From Candidatus Sericytochromatia bacterium (GTDB lineage: Bacteria; Cyanobacteriota; Sericytochromatia; S15B-MN24; UBA4093), in assembly GCA_036676985.1 (NCBI GenBank), contig JAKFBU010000006.1:15067-79066 (forward strand): a stretch of 64,000 bases of DNA, in the 5' to 3' direction. The position numbers and the translations under genes are program-made. The notes below the pieces were generated by a model, which searched no databases, was not told the DNA's origin, and saw nothing but the letters and a program-made list of their open reading frames with translations. Positions 55,627 through 64,000 of this stretch are shown here, one piece after another. Position 1 is the first letter of the stretch. Every line of letters begins with the position of its first letter.

Positions 55627-56714
55627 TCGTCCGAATCGGGAGGCCCTTCGGCCTCCTGGAGCTGCGGCGGCATGGCCGTCAGGGTGAGGGTGAACTCCTT
55701 GCGCTGGCCCTCACGGCTCACCGTGAGCCGGAGCTTGTCGCCCACGTGGTGGTTGGCGAGGCTGTGGATGACCTGCGAGGGCTGCGTGACGGCCTTGCCG
55801 TTCACCTGGAGGATGATGTCCCCCTCGAGGAGGCCGGCCTTGGCCGCGGGGCTGCCGTCCGTCACGTCGCGCACCATGACGCCGGCCTCGGTCTTGCGGA
55901 AGAGCTGCTTGGCGCGCTCGGCCGTGAGCTCGGTGATGACCACGCCGAGCCACGGACGCTCGACCTGGCCCTTGGCCTTGAGCTCGCCCGCCACCCACTG
56001 GACCGTCTCCACCGGGATGGCGAAGCCGATGCCCTGGGCGCGCGCGGCGATCGCCGTGTTGACGCCGATCACCTCGCCCTGCAGGTTGAGCAGGGGGCCG
56101 CCCGAGTTGCCCGGGTTGATGGGGGCGTCGGTCTGGATGAAGGAGACGCGCTCGTTGATGGCCACGTCCCGGTTGAGGGCGCTCACGATGCCCGCCGTGA
56201 CGGTGGTCGAGAGCCCGAGCGGGCTGCCGATGGCCACGACCCACTCGCCGACCCGCACCTTCTTGGGGTGCGCGAAGGGCAGGGTCGGCAGCTTCTTGCC
56301 CTCGATCTTGACCAGCGCCAGGTCCGAGCCCGGATCCTTGCCGATGACCTTGCCGTCGAACTTGCGGCCGTCGTTGAGCGTGACGCGGATGGTGGTCGCC
56401 CCGCTCGTGACGTGATGGTTGGTGACGATGAGGCCCGTGGGATCGATGAGGAAGCCCGAGCCGACGCCCTTCTGCTCGAAGTACTGCGGCAGGCGCTTGA
56501 GGCCGTCCCCGAAGAACCGGTGGAAGAAGGGGTCCATCTCGGCCATGGGGTTCTTCTGGCGGGTGACGGTGTCGATGTTCACGACCGCCGGGGCGACCCG
56601 CTCGACCAGGTCCGCGATGGTGCTGGGGCCGAGCGCCGCGCTCAGGGGAGCCGCCTGCGCCGCAGGGGCGCCCGCGAGCGCCAGGGCGAGGGCCAGTGCA
56701 AGTCGCTGGGGCAT
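55623..56714 (-). CDS. HtrA/DegP-family serine protease, single PDZ
   Basis: Signal peptide; TNHHV, DLALVK and TDAPINPGNSGGPL; C-terminal PDZ domain. Confidence 0.95.
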   Translation of the reverse strand: MPQRLALALALALAGAPAAQAAPLSAALGPSTIADLVERVAPAVVNIDTVTRQKNPMAEMDPFFHRFFGDGLKRLPQYFEQKGVGSGFLIDPTGLIVTNHHVTSGATTIRVTLNDGRKFDGKVIGKDPGSDLALVKIEGKKLPTLPFAHPKKVRVGEWVVAIGSPLGLSTTVTAGIVSALNRDVAINERVSFIQTDAPINPGNSGGPLLNLQGEVIGVNTAIAARAQGIGFAIPVETVQWVAGELKAKGQVERPWLGVVITELTAERAKQLFRKTEAGVMVRDVTDGSPAAKAGLLEGDIILQVNGKAVTQPSQVIHSLANHHVGDKLRLTVSREGQRKEFTLTLTAMPPQLQEAEGPPDSDD

Positions 56715-56872
56715 GGTGGGGACTCCTTTGCGGCGACGGCGATCGTAGAACCGTTCCATTATACTGCCCAAATCCAGTCCTCGCCAATCATGCGGCCCGT
56801 TCGGGGCCTCTGCGAGCGGCCCTCCGGGCCCGAGCCGGAGCGCCGGCCCGGATCATCTGGTATAATGATCTC

Positions 56873-57016
56873 GCCAGAGCGCCCCGGTGGTTGCCGGGTC
56901 GGGTCCCATGCGGCGTCGCGCCGTGAACCCCGTCAGGCCCGGAAGGGAGCAGCGGTAAGCGGAGAGCACGGGTGTCATGGATCAGCCTGATCCGCGATCG
57001 TCGGGGAGGCCCTGGT
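56873..57016 (+). ncRNA. ffs: Signal recognition particle RNA (4.5S-type)
   Basis: S-domain GAACCCCGTCAGGCCCGGAAGGGAGCAGCGG. Upstream TGgTATAAT at 56858-56866, paired 5'/3' ends, and a terminator hairpin at 57025-57050. Confidence 0.92.
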
Positions 57017-57129
57017 AACATCATAAGGGGCGCGGTTTCGCGCCCCTTTGTCGTGTCGCCGCCCTTGTGGAAGGGTGCAAGCGACCGATATAATGGCCCA
57101 GCCGCCGATGGTGCGGAAACGAGGCACGG

Positions 57130-58065
57130 ATGGCGACGCGCGATTACTACGAGGTCCTGGGGGTCTCCCCCAACGCCACTGAGGACCAGATCAAGAAGGC
57201 CTACCGCAAGCTTGCCCGCGAGTATCACCCGGACCAGGTCCAGGGCTCGGGCAAGGACAAGGCTGCGGCCGAGGCCCGATTCAAGGAAATCAGCGCGGCC
57301 TACGACACGCTGGGCGACGCCGACAAGCGCAAGACCTACGACCAGATGCGCCAGTTCGGCGGCGCTGGCGGCTTCCAGGGCCACACGGGTCCCTTCGGCG
57401 GCACGGGGCCCTTCGGGCGCGGCTCCAAGCGTGGCCCCTTCGCCCAGGGTTCGCCCTTTGGCCAGGGTGCGGGCCCTGGCTTCGGCGGCGTGGGCTTCGA
57501 GGACATCCTGTCCTCCCTGTTCAGCGGCCAGGACACCTTTCAATCGGCCCAGCAGCCCCGTGAGGTCGAGACCAGCGTCGAGATCACCCTCGAGGAGGCC
57601 CTCAAGGGCACCAGCCGCGAGGTCGTGAACCCCCGGACCGCCAAGCGGCTCCGGGTCAAGATTCCGCCCGGCGTGGCCACCGGCTCCAAGATCCGGGCGG
57701 GGGACGCCATGGTCACCGTCAAGGTGCAGCCCCATGGGCTCTTCCGCCGCAAGGACGACGACCTGGAGCTGGACCTGCCCCTGACCTTCTGGGAGGCCAT
57801 CGACGGGGCCGAGGTGGAGGTGCCGACCCTCGAAGGGGCGGTCAAGATGAAGATCCCGCCGCGCACCCAGTCGGGACGGTTGTTCCGGCTGAAGGGCAAG
57901 GGCATGCCCCACCTCAAGGGGGAAGGCCGCGGCGATCTGTTCGTCAAGGCCGTCATCCACCTGCCGCCCGACATCGACGAGCAGGCCCTGGCCCTCTGGC
58001 GGCGCCTGGGCGCCATGACCCCTTACGATCCCCGCGCCTCGTTGCGCGCCAATCCATCACACTAG
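57130..58065 (+). CDS. DnaJ class B / CbpA-type co-chaperone
   Basis: J domain with HPD, G/F-rich region, no zinc finger, and C-terminal [11 protein letters not shown]. Confidence 0.92.
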   Translation: MATRDYYEVLGVSPNATEDQIKKAYRKLAREYHPDQVQGSGKDKAAAEARFKEISAAYDTLGDADKRKTYDQMRQFGGAGGFQGHTGPFGGTGPFGRGSKRGPFAQGSPFGQGAGPGFGGVGFEDILSSLFSGQDTFQSAQQPREVETSVEITLEEALKGTSREVVNPRTAKRLRVKIPPGVATGSKIRAGDAMVTVKVQPHGLFRRKDDDLELDLPLTFWEAIDGAEVEVPTLEGAVKMKIPPRTQSGRLFRLKGKGMPHLKGEGRGDLFVKAVIHLPPDIDEQALALWRRLGAMTPYDPRASLRANPSH

Positions 58066-58075
58066 GGAGGACGAA

Positions 58076-58759
58076 GTGAGCACCGTGGCCTTTTTGAAGC
58101 AGACGCTCCTGTTCCAGGACCTCGAGCCCGACGAGCTGGAGGCGATCGCCTCCATCGCTCGCAAGCGCCAGGTTCCCAAGGGCTCGATCCTCTTCTACGT
58201 CGACGACCCCGGCAACGCGTGCTACATCGTGGTGGAAGGCAAGGTCAAGATCGTCGTCAACTCGGGCGACGGCCGCGAGCACATCCTGGGGATCCTCGGT
58301 CCCTCGGACCTGTTCGGCGAGATGTCCCTGATCGACGGCGAGGCCCGCTCGGCGACGGCGATCGCCGTCGAGGAGACGGTCGTCCTCACCATCCAGCGCG
58401 AGGAGTTCGTCCGCCTCTTGGCCGATCACCCGGGCATCGCCATGAAGCTCCTGACGGTCCTCTCGCGCCGCCTGCGGCTCACCGACGCGCACGTGGAGAG
58501 CCTGGCGTTCCTCTCGGCTCCCGGCCGGGTGGCCCGGCTCCTCATCCAGCTCGCCGCCGAGTCGGGCGAGAAGACGGACGAGGGCAAGCCGGCGTTCTCC
58601 ACCCGCATGACCCGCCAGGAGATGGCGAACCTCACGGGCACCAGCCGGGAGACCTTCACGCGGGTGCTCATGGATTACCAGGACCGCGGGCTCGTCAGCA
58701 TCGATCGCAACCTCTTCGTGCTGAACAACGAGCCCAAGCTCAAGGAACTCGTCGTCTAA
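58076..58759 (+). CDS. Crp/Fnr-family (cAMP-binding) transcriptional regulator
   Basis: cNMP pocket FGEMSLIDGEARSA; HTH TRQEMANLTGTSRETFTR. Confidence 0.93.
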   Translation: MSTVAFLKQTLLFQDLEPDELEAIASIARKRQVPKGSILFYVDDPGNACYIVVEGKVKIVVNSGDGREHILGILGPSDLFGEMSLIDGEARSATAIAVEETVVLTIQREEFVRLLADHPGIAMKLLTVLSRRLRLTDAHVESLAFLSAPGRVARLLIQLAAESGEKTDEGKPAFSTRMTRQEMANLTGTSRETFTRVLMDYQDRGLVSIDRNLFVLNNEPKLKELVV

Positions 58760-58852
58760 ATTGTGATCCACGTGATCGCTCCTGTTAGCGATCCGGGCTA
58801 GTCTGTGTATAACGCATGCACGCCTGATTAGCCTGTCACGGAGGATTCCACC

Positions 58853-59620
58853 TTGCGTATACTTCGAAACGCCCTCGTCGCCGTCGGTGCTGCTGCGCTG
58901 TTGGCGGGCTGCCCCGGTGTTCCGGGCCTCAGCGGCAACCAGACCCTGGATCCCAAGGTGCTCGCGGTGACCTCGTCGGACGATCAAGAGATCACGACGG
59001 CCTACGTCACGCTGAGCTGGGCGGGCGTCACCAACGCGGCCACCTACCAGATCACGCGCAAGGTGGGCGACGGGTCGAGCAAGCCTCTGGCGACCATCGA
59101 GAAGACCGAGTACACGGACGTCGTGAACCCGGACAAGCAGCTGACCTACATCGTGCAGGCCTTCGGGGCCAACGGCGAGGAGATGGTGAGCTCGAGCGCG
59201 AAGTCGGTCCAGGTGCTCAAGGCGTCGGTCGGCAAGCCGTCGGCCTTCACAGTGGACAACAAGGCCGTTCCGGCCGAGGGGGCGGTGACGCCCAACTCGA
59301 GCAAGCCGGTGCTGGGCTGGGAGCCTGGGGCCGGGGCGACGGCGTACTACGTAACGGTGAACGAGGTCGGCGAGGGCGCCAAGAGCGGCCGGATGATCTA
59401 CTCGTCCATCACCAAGACGAACACGGCCACGGTCGCCACGCTGTCGGAGGCGGAGCTGAGCATCCCGGGCTACACGCAGATCAAGGGCGACGGCCTGGTG
59501 AAGGGAAAGAACTACTACTTCAGCGTGACCTCGATCCGCGCGGACGTGGCGGACCTTACCAAGGCGACGGCGTTCGACGTGAAGATGGGCGACGCGCCGG
59601 GGAAGATCAGCTTCTTCTAG
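58853..59620 (+). CDS. Lipoprotein with two fibronectin-III-like domains
   Basis: Lipobox LAGC; VTLSW..NAATYQI, LGW..GATAYYV and GLVKGKNYYFSV. Confidence 0.75.
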   Translation: MRILRNALVAVGAAALLAGCPGVPGLSGNQTLDPKVLAVTSSDDQEITTAYVTLSWAGVTNAATYQITRKVGDGSSKPLATIEKTEYTDVVNPDKQLTYIVQAFGANGEEMVSSSAKSVQVLKASVGKPSAFTVDNKAVPAEGAVTPNSSKPVLGWEPGAGATAYYVTVNEVGEGAKSGRMIYSSITKTNTATVATLSEAELSIPGYTQIKGDGLVKGKNYYFSVTSIRADVADLTKATAFDVKMGDAPGKISFF

Positions 59621-59648
59621 ATCGGCAGCCTGGTTTTATAAGGAATCA

Positions 59649-59771
59649 ACCCCCCCTTCCCCCCCTGCCTTCGGCAAGGGGGGCTATTTTGTCGTGGGGT
59701 GATTCATGGGCTATCAATCCCCGAAGGGGCGCTTTATGCCCCCCTTGCGAAGCAGGGGGGGAAGGGGGGGT
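59649..59771. repeat. G/C-tract MITE/REP-like element (family C), copy 3
   Basis: Same terminal repeats with a different interior. Confidence 0.8.
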
Positions 59772-59783
59772 GACACGTAGGCG

Positions 59784-60650
59784 CTACTGCGCAAACACCG
59801 TCTTCGGAATCAACCGCTCGCCCTGCCGCTCGTAGATCGCGAGCAGGCGCTCCCCATGGTGCACCCGGACCTGCCCCTCCTCGCCGTGCGCCTCGAGCGC
59901 CCGGCCGTGCGAGACGTCCTGAACCTCGGCCTCCGTCGCCTCGCGCCGCGCCATGTGCGCGAGATACGTGGCCTCGGGCGCCCAGGTGACGGCCTCGTCC
60001 AGGGTCACGGCGTCCTCGATCCGAAACGCCCCCGCCCGCGTCCGGAGCAGGTACGCCAGCGACGCCGGCACCCCCAGGGCCGCCCCCAGGTCCACCGCCA
60101 AGGAGCGGATGTAGGTCCCCGCCGAGCAGGCCACCCGCACCAGCGCCCGCGGCCGCGCCCCGGGGTAGAACCGCACCAGCTCCAGCTCCGCGATGGTCAC
60201 GGTCCTGAGCGGGATATCCTCGATGACGATGCCCTCGCGCGCCAGCTCGTACAGCCGCTTGCCCTGGTAGTGCACCGCCGAGACCATGGGCGGCCGCTGC
60301 TGGATCGTCCCCATGAACCGGGGCATCACCCCCGCCAGGTCCTCGGCCGTGACCGCGCAGTCCAGGGCCTCGAGCACCTCGCCCTCGGCGTCCGCCGTGG
60401 AGGTCGACACCCCGAACTGGATTTCGGCTAGGTACTCCTTGCCCGACTCCAGGTACGGCAACAGCCGCGTCGCCCCGCCCACCGCCACGGGCAACACGCC
60501 GCAGGCGACCGGGTCCAGGGTGCCCGCATGGCCCACCTTCTTGGTGCCCAGGCGCCGGCGCATGGCGGCGACCACGTCGTGGGCCGTCATCCCCGGGGGC
60601 TTCAGGACGTTGATGAGACCGAACAGGTTACCGGACGGCTTGGAGTTCAA
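59784..60650 (-). CDS. truB: tRNA pseudouridine(55) synthase
   Basis: KVGHAGTLDP, PPMVSA, GKRLYELAR and CSAGTYIRSL motifs. Confidence 0.95.
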   Translation of the reverse strand: MNSKPSGNLFGLINVLKPPGMTAHDVVAAMRRRLGTKKVGHAGTLDPVACGVLPVAVGGATRLLPYLESGKEYLAEIQFGVSTSTADAEGEVLEALDCAVTAEDLAGVMPRFMGTIQQRPPMVSAVHYQGKRLYELAREGIVIEDIPLRTVTIAELELVRFYPGARPRALVRVACSAGTYIRSLAVDLGAALGVPASLAYLLRTRAGAFRIEDAVTLDEAVTWAPEATYLAHMARREATEAEVQDVSHGRALEAHGEEGQVRVHHGERLLAIYERQGERLIPKTVFAQ

Positions 60651-61611
60651 GGCTGATCGCCTCCAACAGGGCGGCGACCGCCTGATCCATGGGGCCAGTG
60701 AACGTGCAGCCCGCCGCCCGGCGATGCCCGCCGCCGCCGAACTTGCCCGCCAGACGCGAGACGTCTACCCACTCCTTGGAGCGCAGGCTCGCCTTGAGAT
60801 TGCCGTGCGGCGTCTCGCGCACGAAGAAGGAGACCTCGACCCCCTGGAGGGCCCGCAGGCGCTCCGAGAGGCCCTCGGTGTGCTCCTCTTTGGCGCCCGC
60901 CGCGTCCATCATCTCTTGGGTGATGGTGGTCCAGGCCACCCGGCCCCCCTCGGCGAGCTGCATCTGCGCGAGCCCCATGGACTTGATGCGCAGCTCGGGC
61001 AGGGGCACCTGCTCGAAGAGCTGACGCGAGACCGCTCCCGGCTGCACGCCGAGCCGGATGAGGTCCGCCGCCATCTCGTGGGAGTCGGCGTTGGTGGCCT
61101 CGTAGTTGAAGCTGCCCGTGTCCGTCACCAGCGCCACGTACATGCCGAGCGCCGCCTCCAGGTCGGGCGTCACGCCGAAGTGCCCGAACAGGCGGTACAC
61201 CACCTCGCCCGTGGCCGCCGCGTCGTCCAGGACGATGTTCAGGTGCCCGAAGCGGGGGTTGGAGACGTGGTGGTCGACCACGACGATCAACGGAAAGGTG
61301 CCCAGCTGCTCCGTCAGGCGCCCGAAGCGCCCGAAGTCCGCCGCATCCAGCGTCACGAGCCCCGACTCCGCCGGCCAGTCCGGGGGCAGGTCCGTGACGA
61401 CCTCGGCGGCGCCCGGCAGGAAGTGGTAGGTCTCGGGGACCGGATCGGGGCACAGGTGCAGCACCCGGTGGCCGAAGGCGCGCAAGAGGCGCTTCATGGC
61501 GATCGCCGAGCCCAGCGTGTCGCAGTCGGGGTTCATGTGGGAGGCCACCACCCAGTGGGTGGGACCCCCCGACCGGAGAACCTCGAGGCCGTCCGGTAGG
61601 CTACTCCGCAT
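60628..61611 (-). CDS. nrnA: DHH-family oligoribonuclease/pAp phosphatase
   Basis: HMNPD, DHH, DTGSF, SLRS and GGGGH motifs; lies between rbfA and truB. Confidence 0.9.
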   Translation of the reverse strand: MRSSLPDGLEVLRSGGPTHWVVASHMNPDCDTLGSAIAMKRLLRAFGHRVLHLCPDPVPETYHFLPGAAEVVTDLPPDWPAESGLVTLDAADFGRFGRLTEQLGTFPLIVVVDHHVSNPRFGHLNIVLDDAAATGEVVYRLFGHFGVTPDLEAALGMYVALVTDTGSFNYEATNADSHEMAADLIRLGVQPGAVSRQLFEQVPLPELRIKSMGLAQMQLAEGGRVAWTTITQEMMDAAGAKEEHTEGLSERLRALQGVEVSFFVRETPHGNLKASLRSKEWVDVSRLAGKFGGGGHRRAAGCTFTGPMDQAVAALLEAISLELQAVR

Positions 61612-61966
61612 GGCCTTCCTGCTCTTCGCGCTTGATGCGGGCGAGCAAGTCGTGGATGGCCGCCCCTCGTTCGAGGGAGCGGTCCTGATGCAGGTGCAGC
61701 TCGGGCACCACCCGGAGCTTGAGGGCCTTGCCCACCTCGGAGCGCATGAAGCCCACCGCGGACTGGAGGCCTTCCATGGTCTGGGACTGGGTCGGCTCGT
61801 CGCCGTAGATGGAGACGAACACCTTGGCGTGGCGCAGGTCACCCGACACCTCGACGTCGGTGACAGACACCATGCCCGTGATGCGGCTGTCCTTGAGGCG
61901 ACGGATGGCGCCGCTCACGACGTCCTTGATCTCCTCCCCCACGCGTTCCGCACGCTGGCTTCCCAT
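61601..61966 (-). CDS. rbfA: Ribosome-binding factor A
   Basis: RAERV, VSVTDVEVSGDLRHAKVF and LRVVPELH; follows infB. Confidence 0.95.
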   Translation of the reverse strand: MGSQRAERVGEEIKDVVSGAIRRLKDSRITGMVSVTDVEVSGDLRHAKVFVSIYGDEPTQSQTMEGLQSAVGFMRSEVGKALKLRVVPELHLHQDRSLERGAAIHDLLARIKREEQEGHAE

Positions 61967-62023
61967 GGTGCCCCCCTTCCCTAGACGACCTGGCGGGGCA
62001 ACCGCCCCGCCAGGAATGGAACC

Positions 62024-64000
62024 CTACTTCTTGAGCTGCAGCTGGTAGACCTCGATCTGGTCCCCTTCCTGCAGGTCGTTGAAGCCGTCGAACGACATAC
62101 CGCACTCGTAGCCCTGAGCGACTTCCTTGACGTCGTCCTTGAAGCGCTTGAGGCTGTCGAGCTTGCCCTTGAAGAGCTCGGTGGTGCCGCGCATGACCTT
62201 GGCGATGCCGCCGCGCTGGATCTTGCCCTCGGTGACCATACAGCCCGCGATGACGTCCTGCTTGCCGACCTTGAAGGTGGCCCGGACCTCGGCGCGGCCC
62301 GTGAAGACCTCCTCGTACTCGGGCTCGAGCATGCCCTGGAGGGCGGCCTCCATGTCCTCGATGGCCTTGTAGATGATGTTGTACTCGCGGATGTCCACGC
62401 CGTCCGCCGACGCCCGGGCGCGGGCCCGGTCGTCCGCCTTGACGTTGAAGCCGATGATGATGGCGTCCGAGGCCGCGGCGAGCATGACGTCCGCCTCGGA
62501 CACGTCGCCCGTGCCGTTGTGGATGACGCGCACCTGGACGTCGCCGTCCTTGGCCGAGATCTTGGACAGCGAGCTCTCCAGGGCCTCGCCCGAGCCCTTG
62601 ACGTCCGCCTTGAGGATGACCTTGAGGTCCTTGATCTTGCCTTCCTGGATGCGGCTGTAGACGTCGTTGAGCGAGATGTGGCGCGTGGCCTGCAGGCGCT
62701 GGTTGCGGTCGTAGTCGGCGCGCTGGCCGGCGACGGCCTTGGCCGACTTCTCGTCCTCCATCACCTGGAAGATGTCGCCCGCGGCGGGCACCGACGGCAT
62801 ACCGAGCACCTCGACCGGCATGGAGGGGCCGGCCTCGCGGACCCGCTTGCCCTTGTCGTTGATCATGGCGCGGACCTTGCCCGCGATGGCGCCCACCACG
62901 AAGTTGTCGCCGATCCGCAGCGTGCCCGACTGGACGAGCACCGTCGCCACCGGGCCCATGCCCTTGTCGAGCTGGGCTTCGATGATGAGGCCCTTGGCCA
63001 TCTTCTTGGGGTTGGCCTTGAGCTCGAGCACCTCGGCCACCAGCAGGATCATCTCGAGCAGGTCCTCGAGGCCCTGCTTCTGCTTGGCCGAGACGGGCAC
63101 CATGATGGTCTGACCGCCCCACTCCTCGGCGACCAGGCCGTACTCCGTCAGCTGCTGCTTGACCTGGTCCGGGTTGGCGCCGGGCTTGTCGATCTTGTTG
63201 ATGGCCACCAGGATCTGGACGCCGGCTTCCTTGGCGTGGTTGATGGCCTCGATGGTCTGCGGCTTGACGCCGTCGTCCGCCGCCACCACCAGGATGGCGA
63301 TGTCGGTGGCCTTGGCGCCGCGGGCGCGCATGGCGGTGAAGGCCTCGTGGCCCGGGGTGTCCAGGAAGGTGATGACCTGTTCGTTGATCTTCACCTGGTA
63401 GGCGCCGATGTGCTGCGTGATGCCGCCCGCCTCGCCCGCCGTGACGTTGGTCTTGCGGATGGCGTCGAGCAAGGAGGTCTTACCGTGGTCGACGTGGCCC
63501 ATGATGGTCACGACCGGCGCGCGGTGCTTGAGATCCGCGGGGTTCTCCTCGACGACCTCGACGACGGCCTCTTCCTCGTTGGGGTTGACGACCTCGACGG
63601 TGTACTCCATCTCGGTGGCGATCATCTCGGCCGTCTCCAGCTCGAGCGTCTGGTTGATGGTCGCCATGATGCCCTTCATGAAGAGCCGCTTGATGATCTC
63701 GGTCTCCTTGACGCCCATCTTGTCCGCCAACTCCTTGACGGTGACGGAGCCCGGGAGCTTGATGTGCTTGGTCAGAAGCGCCACGTTGGCCTCCGCTTCC
63801 TCGCGGTCGCGACCGCGCTTGCCACGTCCGCGCTTACCGCCGGCCGTGAACAGCTTGTTGGTGTTTTCCTTGTCCTTGTCCTTGTCCTTCCAGCTGTCGC
63901 GGCGACCGGGGCCGCCGCCGGGCCGGGGACCCGTCGGGGCGCCGCCCGGAGCCTGGCCGGGAGCCTGCGCGGCCGGACGGGCGCCAGGGCCGCCCGGTCC
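62024..64000 (-). CDS. infB: Translation initiation factor IF-2 (5' part beyond window)
   Basis: [31 protein letters not shown] and ECG motifs; frame stays open to the window end. Confidence 0.97.
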   Translation of the reverse strand, partial: GPGGPGARPAAQAPGQAPGGAPTGPRPGGGPGRRDSWKDKDKDKENTNKLFTAGGKRGRGKRGRDREEAEANVALLTKHIKLPGSVTVKELADKMGVKETEIIKRLFMKGIMATINQTLELETAEMIATEMEYTVEVVNPNEEEAVVEVVEENPADLKHRAPVVTIMGHVDHGKTSLLDAIRKTNVTAGEAGGITQHIGAYQVKINEQVITFLDTPGHEAFTAMRARGAKATDIAILVVAADDGVKPQTIEAINHAKEAGVQILVAINKIDKPGANPDQVKQQLTEYGLVAEEWGGQTIMVPVSAKQKQGLEDLLEMILLVAEVLELKANPKKMAKGLIIEAQLDKGMGPVATVLVQSGTLRIGDNFVVGAIAGKVRAMINDKGKRVREAGPSMPVEVLGMPSVPAAGDIFQVMEDEKSAKAVAGQRADYDRNQRLQATRHISLNDVYSRIQEGKIKDLKVILKADVKGSGEALESSLSKISAKDGDVQVRVIHNGTGDVSEADVMLAAASDAIIIGFNVKADDRARARASADGVDIREYNIIYKAIEDMEAALQGMLEPEYEEVFTGRAEVRATFKVGKQDVIAGCMVTEGKIQRGGIAKVMRGTTELFKGKLDSLKRFKDDVKEVAQGYECGMSFDGFNDLQEGDQIEVYQLQLKK

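Noticed and set aside
53527-56415. 962-aa plus-strand ORF, and similar long antisense ORFs (3253-5058, 9880-12150, 28832-30628, 45977-48118)
   Set aside because: These are shadow frames of high-GC genes on the opposite strand, with no recognisable motifs.
58758-58780. Possible CRP site after the crp gene (TGTGA-TCCACG-TGATC), with a similar string at about 17190
   Set aside because: Only one half-site matches, and the spacing differs between the two instances.

Overview
High-GC (about 70%, estimated by eye) bacterial chromosome segment. It has L/P-ring flagellar genes, Firmicutes/cyanobacteria-like PilM, IF2 and FlhX, and many lipoproteins. This suggests a diderm Terrabacteria lineage, possibly a non-photosynthetic cyanobacterial relative such as Ca. 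Sericytochromatia (inference only). Main contents, in order: (1) signalling and envelope genes (PilZ protein, histidine kinases, an AAA-TPR protein, comM, YceI); (2) a lower-GC cassette of NHL/Ig lipoproteins plus a ferredoxin (about 15.3-19.4 kb); (3) a type IV pilus locus (three pilins, ABC-TPR module, pilD, pilMNOPQ); (4) back-to-back with it, an unusually reduced flagellar cluster (fliK-like, flhX-like, flgFGAHIJ, divergent sigma28, flgBC, fliE, fliF, flhA); (5) adenylate cyclase, GH15 lipoprotein, DinG helicase, HtrA, SRP RNA, DnaJ-class chaperone, Crp regulator, and truB-nrnA-rbfA-infB. The most striking feature is FliF fused through a Q/G/Y/D-rich linker to an isolated FliG middle domain, followed directly by flhA. 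No C-ring, ATPase, hook, stator or filament genes are in the cluster, so it is a candidate flagellum-derived, basal-body-only machine. A GTTW-N16-GGG(T/A/G) SigB/SigF-type promoter motif links the pilus and flagellar loci. At least four families of palindromic REP/MITE-like repeats sit in intergenic spaces. No tRNA, rRNA, CRISPR array, transposase or integrase was seen. All calls come from reading motifs by eye; no database searches were run.
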